Of a stretch of 48,335 nucleotides of DNA, positions 44,279 through 48,335 are shown in pieces. The position numbers and the translations under genes were made by a program. The stretch comes from Acidimicrobiales bacterium (lineage in GTDB: Bacteria; Actinomycetota; Acidimicrobiia; Acidimicrobiales; AC-14). Numbering within the stretch: the first letter of the stretch is position 1; every line of letters starts with the position of its first letter. Where the stretch lies: NCBI GenBank assembly GCA_038231955.1, contig JBBSIS010000001.1:1-48335 (forward strand), given 5' to 3'. A model generated the notes under the pieces. It searched no databases and was not told the DNA's origin. It saw only the letters and a program-made list of their open reading frames with translations.

Positions 44279-44740
44279 CTGACCACGCTGCGTCGTCGGG
44301 TACTGGCCCTCGGCATCGCCCTCGTCGCGGGCGCCTGTAGCTCGGGCAACCGCACGGTGGACCGGTCCATCCCCACGTCCTTGACGACCACGTCGACCAC
44401 GTCAACCAGCACCACGCTGGTCGCGGCCGGGACAACGACGGGGCCCGGTTCGACGGCGACGACGCCCACGACGGCGGTCACGACCACTCTCGCCCCAGTC
44501 GCGGCCGAGATCACTGTGCGGGGCACGGTGGCCGGCGTGTTCGCCAGCGCCCGGGTGATCCAGCTCATCCCGCCGGTGAACGGCATCGCCAGCGTGGCCC
44601 TCAGCGCCGACACCGAGCTCGTCCGGGCGGGCGGCGGGCGGGCCGCCCTCAGCGACGTCATGCCCGGGGCGACGATCGAGGCCATTGGGCTCACCAGCGC
44701 GCCCGGCACGCTCGTGGCTCGCAGGATCACCGTGCTGTAG
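44279..44740 (+). CDS. Lipoprotein with a Thr-rich linker and a DUF5666-like C-terminal domain; start unresolved
   Basis: The signal peptide/lipobox-like LTTLRRRVLALGIALVAGAC lies upstream of the first canonical start (GTG 44357). Only CTG 44279, or a frameshift from GTG 44202, can supply it. Confidence 0.55.
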   Translation: MTTLRRRVLALGIALVAGACSSGNRTVDRSIPTSLTTTSTTSTSTTLVAAGTTTGPGSTATTPTTAVTTTLAPVAAEITVRGTVAGVFASARVIQLIPPVNGIASVALSADTELVRAGGGRAALSDVMPGATIEAIGLTSAPGTLVARRITVL

Positions 44741-44774
44741 GCGAAGCGCCTGGGAACGCGTACCCTCGCTGGCC

Positions 44775-46685
44775 ATGAGGGGGTACGGGTACGGCTTCCA
44801 CCACCGGATGGGCCGTGACCCCGACCTGGTGGCCGGCAAGCCGGTGAACCGCACCACCCTCCGGCGGGTCCTCATCTTCGCCCGGTCCTACCGGCGGCTG
44901 CTGGTGGTCTTCGTCGCCACTATCCTGGCCGGCTCGATCGTCGGCATCCTGCCCCCACTGGTCTTCCGCAGCATCATCGACCACCACGCCGTGCCCAGGC
45001 GCGATCTGCCGGGCCTGAACCGCCTTGCCCTTCTCGCCCTCACCCTCGCCGCCACTGACGCCGGGCTGAACATCCTGCAGCGCTGGCTGTCGGCCCGCAT
45101 CGCCGAGGGGCTGATCTTCGACCTCCGCTCCGCGCTCTACGACCACGTGCAGGGCATGCCCCTGGCCTTCTTCACCCGGACCCAGACCGGCTCGCTGATC
45201 AGCCGCATGAACAACGACGTGATGGGCGCCCAGCAGGCATTCACCGGCACCCTCGGCAGCGTGCTGCAGAACATCCTCGACCTCACCGTCACCCTGGTCG
45301 TGATGGCCCGGCTGGAGTGGCGGCTCACCATCCTGATCCTGTTGGTCGTACCCGTGTTCCTGCTCCCGGCCAAGCGCATCGGACGCCAGATGCAGCGCCT
45401 CACTCGCGAGTCCTTCCAGCTGGACGCGGTCATGAACACCGGCATGACCGAGCGCTTCAACGTCTCCGGGGCGCTGCTGGTAAAGCTGTTCGGCCATCCC
45501 CGGCGAGAGTCGGCCGAGTTCGCCGAGCGGGCCGGCCGGGTGCGCGACATCGGCATCAAGACGGCCATGTACGGCCGGGTGTTCTTCTCTGCCCTCGCTC
45601 TCCTCGGCGCCGCCGGCACCGTCGCCGTCTACTGGCTGGGCACCCGCCTGGTGATCGACGGCTCCATCACCCTGGGCACTCTCACCGCCCTCGCCGTCTA
45701 CGTCACCCGGGTCTACAGCCCGCTCACTCGCCTGACCAACGCCCAGGTCGACGTCATGACGTCGCTCATCAGCTTCGAGCGGGTCTTCGAAGTGCTCGAC
45801 ACGCCCCGGTCCATCGAGGACGCCCCCGGGGCCTACGACCTGATCGGGCCCAAGGGCCGGATCGTGGCCGACGACGTGTGGTTCCGCTACCCGGCCCCGT
45901 CAACGGTTTCGATCGCCTCGTTGGAGGCCGACGCCGCCGCTCCCCTGTCGGACGACCCGTCGAGAACCGTGCTCAAAGGCGTGTCGTTCGTGGCCGAGCC
46001 CGGCCAGATGATCGCCCTGGTGGGCCCGACCGGGGCCGGGAAGACCACCCTGTCCTACCTGGTCCCCCGCCTGTACGACGTGACCTCGGGGACGGTGTGC
46101 ATCGACGGGCACGACGTCCGCCACCTCACCTCGGAGTCGTTGACGGCGGCGATCGGCATGGTCACCCAGGACGCCCACATGTTCCACGACACCATCGCCG
46201 CCAACCTGCGCTACGCCAAGCCCGAGGCCACCGACGCCGAGCTGGTGGACGTGTGCCGGGCCGCTCGCATCCACGACCTCATCGCCGGGTTGCCCGAGGG
46301 CTACGACACCTTGGTCGGCGAACGGGGGTACCGGCTGTCGGGCGGCGAGAAGCAGCGCCTGGCGCTCGCGCGAGTCCTGCTGAAGAGCCCGGCCATCGTG
46401 ATCCTCGACGAGGCCACCGCGCACCTGGACTCGGAGACCGAGGTGCTCATCCAGCAGGCACTGGCCGAGGCCCTGGCCGGGAGAACCTCGCTGGTCATCG
46501 CCCACCGGTTGTCGACCATTCAGGCCGCCGACCAGATCCTGGTCCTCGACGAGGGCAGGATCATCGAGCGCGGCACCCACCACGAACTGATCGGCAGCGG
46601 CGGCCTCTACAGCGAGCTCTACCTGACCCAGTACTCCCGGGCGGCACCGTCACCGACCCCCGCCGCGCCTGCTTCCTCGGACTAG
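44775..46685 (+). CDS. ABC exporter, fused permease/ATPase (MsbA/type-1 exporter family)
   Basis: It starts at ATG 44775. Six TM helices are followed by GPTGAGKTT, LSGGEKQRLALAR and ILDEATAHLD. Confidence 0.9.
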   Translation: MRGYGYGFHHRMGRDPDLVAGKPVNRTTLRRVLIFARSYRRLLVVFVATILAGSIVGILPPLVFRSIIDHHAVPRRDLPGLNRLALLALTLAATDAGLNILQRWLSARIAEGLIFDLRSALYDHVQGMPLAFFTRTQTGSLISRMNNDVMGAQQAFTGTLGSVLQNILDLTVTLVVMARLEWRLTILILLVVPVFLLPAKRIGRQMQRLTRESFQLDAVMNTGMTERFNVSGALLVKLFGHPRRESAEFAERAGRVRDIGIKTAMYGRVFFSALALLGAAGTVAVYWLGTRLVIDGSITLGTLTALAVYVTRVYSPLTRLTNAQVDVMTSLISFERVFEVLDTPRSIEDAPGAYDLIGPKGRIVADDVWFRYPAPSTVSIASLEADAAAPLSDDPSRTVLKGVSFVAEPGQMIALVGPTGAGKTTLSYLVPRLYDVTSGTVCIDGHDVRHLTSESLTAAIGMVTQDAHMFHDTIAANLRYAKPEATDAELVDVCRAARIHDLIAGLPEGYDTLVGERGYRLSGGEKQRLALARVLLKSPAIVILDEATAHLDSETEVLIQQALAEALAGRTSLVIAHRLSTIQAADQILVLDEGRIIERGTHHELIGSGGLYSELYLTQYSRAAPSPTPAAPASSD

Positions 46686-47536
46686 CGCCGACGCCCGCGC
46701 CGGCCGCGGGGGGCGTCAGGGTGGGGACGGTCGCCGACGGCAACGGTGTCAGCCCGAGCCAGTTCCTGCTCCCGTTCCCGCTCGAGCTCCTCCCGGCGGT
46801 CGCGCTCGTCGCCAAGGGCCGCCTCCCGGGTGGCGAGGCCCTCACGGTCGCGCTCACCCTCGATCTCTTGGGCGCGGACCCGTCCCTCCGAGCGGGCCAG
46901 GGCCAGGTTGGCCCGGTTGCGGGCGTCCTCGGCCTCTCGGGCGGCGGCGGCCTGGGCGCCCACGGTCGGGTCGGCGGCTCGAGCCACCAGCCGGCCGTGC
47001 CAGCGCTCACCGAGCACTCCGCCCAACAGTGAGCCGACGACGATGGCGACCAGGGAAGCGATACCTGCCACCGTGCCGGCCTGGCCGTACTCGTTCGCGG
47101 TGGTGGGTATACCGAGCGAGCGGAGGTTGGCGGCCATGCTGTCGGTGGCGGAGGACGACCGGACCACCGCGGCGACCACTCCGACGATTGCGACGCCCAG
47201 GACCAGCACGCCGAGACCGTGGACCAGGCCGTTGCGGCGGGCCATGCGCCCGGCCACGTAGCCGCCGAACAGGTAGGCGACCAGCAGCAGCCCGGCGACC
47301 ACCAGCCCGCCCGTCGTACCGAGGCGCTCCCAGTCGGTGGTCAAGTCGGTGTCGTTCCCGACGGCGGCGACCACGGCGGCGGCCAGGCCGGCCAAGATGG
47401 CGAACGCGCCGTACGCCACCAGCACACCGGCGAGGACGCTGGTCAGCGAGAAACCCCCGAACCCGGCGTCAACGGCCAGGTCGCGGCGGTCCCGCCCGCT
47501 CTCACGTCGACTTCGAGACGCCGTCCGAGGGGTCAC
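46682..47536 (-). CDS. Membrane protein (about 4 TM helices) with a charged Glu/Arg/Asp-rich C-terminal tail
   Basis: GTG 47536 has GGAGGAG 5 nt upstream and forms a GTGA overlap with the upstream stop. The motif FGGYVAGRMARRNG is present. The tail reads EGERDREG..GDERDRREELEREREQE. Confidence 0.7.
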   Translation of the reverse strand: MTPRTASRSRRESGRDRRDLAVDAGFGGFSLTSVLAGVLVAYGAFAILAGLAAAVVAAVGNDTDLTTDWERLGTTGGLVVAGLLLVAYLFGGYVAGRMARRNGLVHGLGVLVLGVAIVGVVAAVVRSSSATDSMAANLRSLGIPTTANEYGQAGTVAGIASLVAIVVGSLLGGVLGERWHGRLVARAADPTVGAQAAAAREAEDARNRANLALARSEGRVRAQEIEGERDREGLATREAALGDERDRREELEREREQELARADTVAVGDRPHPDAPRGRRGRRR

Positions 47537-47763
47537 AAGTTCTCCTCCCCCGTCTCCACGGCGCCGATGTTCTGGGCCTCGTCGGAGCGGTCCTGCTGCA
47601 TGAGCTCCTCCTCGAGGCCCTCTCGTTGCAGCACCTGGTCCTGCTTCTCCTGGCCGACCTCTTCTGCCACATCCCTCTCAGGCACATCCCTCTCAGGCAC
47701 ATCCCTCTCAGGCACATCCCTCTCAGGCACATCCCTCTCACCCTGCACGGTCTCATCAGCCAT
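47533..47763 (-). CDS. Small acidic protein with (P)ERDV pentapeptide tandem repeats
   Basis: It starts at ATG 47763, with an alternative GTG at 47793. The sequence is MADETVQGERDVPERDVPERDVPERDVPERDVAEE... The stop overlaps the start of the next gene. Confidence 0.6.
   Translation of the reverse strand: MADETVQGERDVPERDVPERDVPERDVPERDVAEEVGQEKQDQVLQREGLEEELMQQDRSDEAQNIGAVETGEENL
47668..47740 (-). repeat. Perfect 15-bp tandem repeat, 4 full copies plus 13 nt of a fifth
   Basis: The plus-strand unit cacatccctctcagg occurs at 47668, 47683, 47698 and 47713, with a partial copy at 47728-47740. It is in frame and encodes PERDV on the minus strand. Confidence 0.95.
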
Positions 47764-47870
47764 ATCCGGCCCGTACCCTGCGGCGGTGGCCACAAACCAT
47801 CGCCTACCGGGCCTTCGCCACGTAGCCGATCTGGAGGACTGAGCCGGGCGGCCCTACCATCGCATCTGGG

Positions 47871-48335
47871 ATGCGACGACCGACCCTCTCGCCGCCGGCC
47901 TACCGCCGGATCACCTTCGGGGCCCTGCTCGCCCTCGTCGTCATCATCGTGACCGGCGGGGCCGTCCGGCTCACCGGCTCGGGCCTCGGCTGCCCCGACT
48001 GGCCGACGTGCGCCAAGAACCGGGTAGTGGCGCCGTGGGAGTACCACGCCATGGTCGAGTTCGTGAACCGCACCATCACCGGCCTGGTGTCGGTGGCGGT
48101 CATCCTGGCCGTCCTCGGCTCCCTCCTGCGGGTGCCGAAGCGGCGGGACCTGGTCTGGCTGTCCGTCGGGCTCGTCGGAGGCGTGGTCGGCCCGATCGGA
48201 CTGGGCGGCCTCAGTGCTCTCAACACGCTCCGGCCTGGCTTCGTCAGGCCCCCTTGCGCGCAATCGAGGGTCCTGCACCCCCCCGCGGTCGTCCTGCAGC
48301 CTCGGGCCGGGCGCCCGGCCGGCCCCACCCGGCCG
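47871..48335 (+). CDS. ctaA: Heme A synthase (CtaA/COX15), 5' partial; runs off the window
   Basis: It starts at ATG 47871. The sequence is VTGGAVRLTGSGLGCPDWPTC..EFVNR..GGLSALNTLRPGFV. It is not in the ORF track because no stop is reached. The last ~35 codons diverge from what I expect for the family. Confidence 0.7.
   Translation, partial: MRRPTLSPPAYRRITFGALLALVVIIVTGGAVRLTGSGLGCPDWPTCAKNRVVAPWEYHAMVEFVNRTITGLVSVAVILAVLGSLLRVPKRRDLVWLSVGLVGGVVGPIGLGGLSALNTLRPGFVRPPCAQSRVLHPPAVVLQPRAGRPAGPTRP

Noticed and set aside
47668-47740. Possible CRISPR array
   Set aside because: The units are 15 bp, directly abutting with no spacers, and lie in frame within an ORF. No cas genes are in the window. 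This is a coding tandem repeat, not a CRISPR array.
48225-48335. Possible frameshift at the end of the partial ctaA
   Set aside because: After ..LRPGFV the sequence departs from the H-L-L-containing helix I expected, and no alternative frame restores it. The region is at the window edge, so I cannot distinguish a lineage-specific insertion from an error.

Overview
This 48.3-kb window is a densely coding, high-G+C, actinobacterial-type chromosome segment. It uses GTG/TTG starts, 4-nt ATGA/GTGA gene overlaps, and Tat and LAxTG export signals.

Left ~23 kb: a Wzx/Wzy-type cell-surface polysaccharide locus. It holds a DUF4012 protein, a Tat-exported beta-helix enzyme, GT4 transferases, a Wzy-like polymerase, a flippase and a Wzz/BY-kinase-like co-polymerase. 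It also has WbpM/WbpL-like initiation genes and a CapE/FnlA + RmlD-like reductase + CapG/FnlC set for a UDP-L-6-deoxy-HexNAc. Inside this locus sits a ~4.6-kb reading frame for a ~1,530-codon Ala/Glu-rich repeat (coiled-coil-like) protein, broken by one in-frame TAG. This is my best candidate for something undescribed.

Middle: a decayed ABC substrate-binding gene, a metallophosphoesterase, acyl-CoA carboxylase beta plus a putative epsilon subunit, a 5'-3' exonuclease, a DUF4349 protein and a LysE remnant. Then come recR-ybaB-dnaX, a padR + ABC-2 exporter cassette, an SRP RNA (ffs) absent from the ORF track, and tRNA-Ser(GGA)-tadA-tRNA-Ser(CGA).

Right: a hemerythrin gene, a low-G+C patch of gene remnants with a vapBC module, and small membrane proteins. 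These are followed by a one-PASTA Ser/Thr kinase, a Thr/Pro-rich membrane protein, a GT1, a hydrolase, an SDR, a lipoprotein and an MsbA-like ABC exporter. The window ends with a translationally coupled pair (acidic protein with perfect 15-bp tandem repeats + membrane protein) and the 5' end of ctaA.

I saw no CRISPR array, rRNA, transposase or integrase. All family assignments come from motif recognition by eye, not from database searches.
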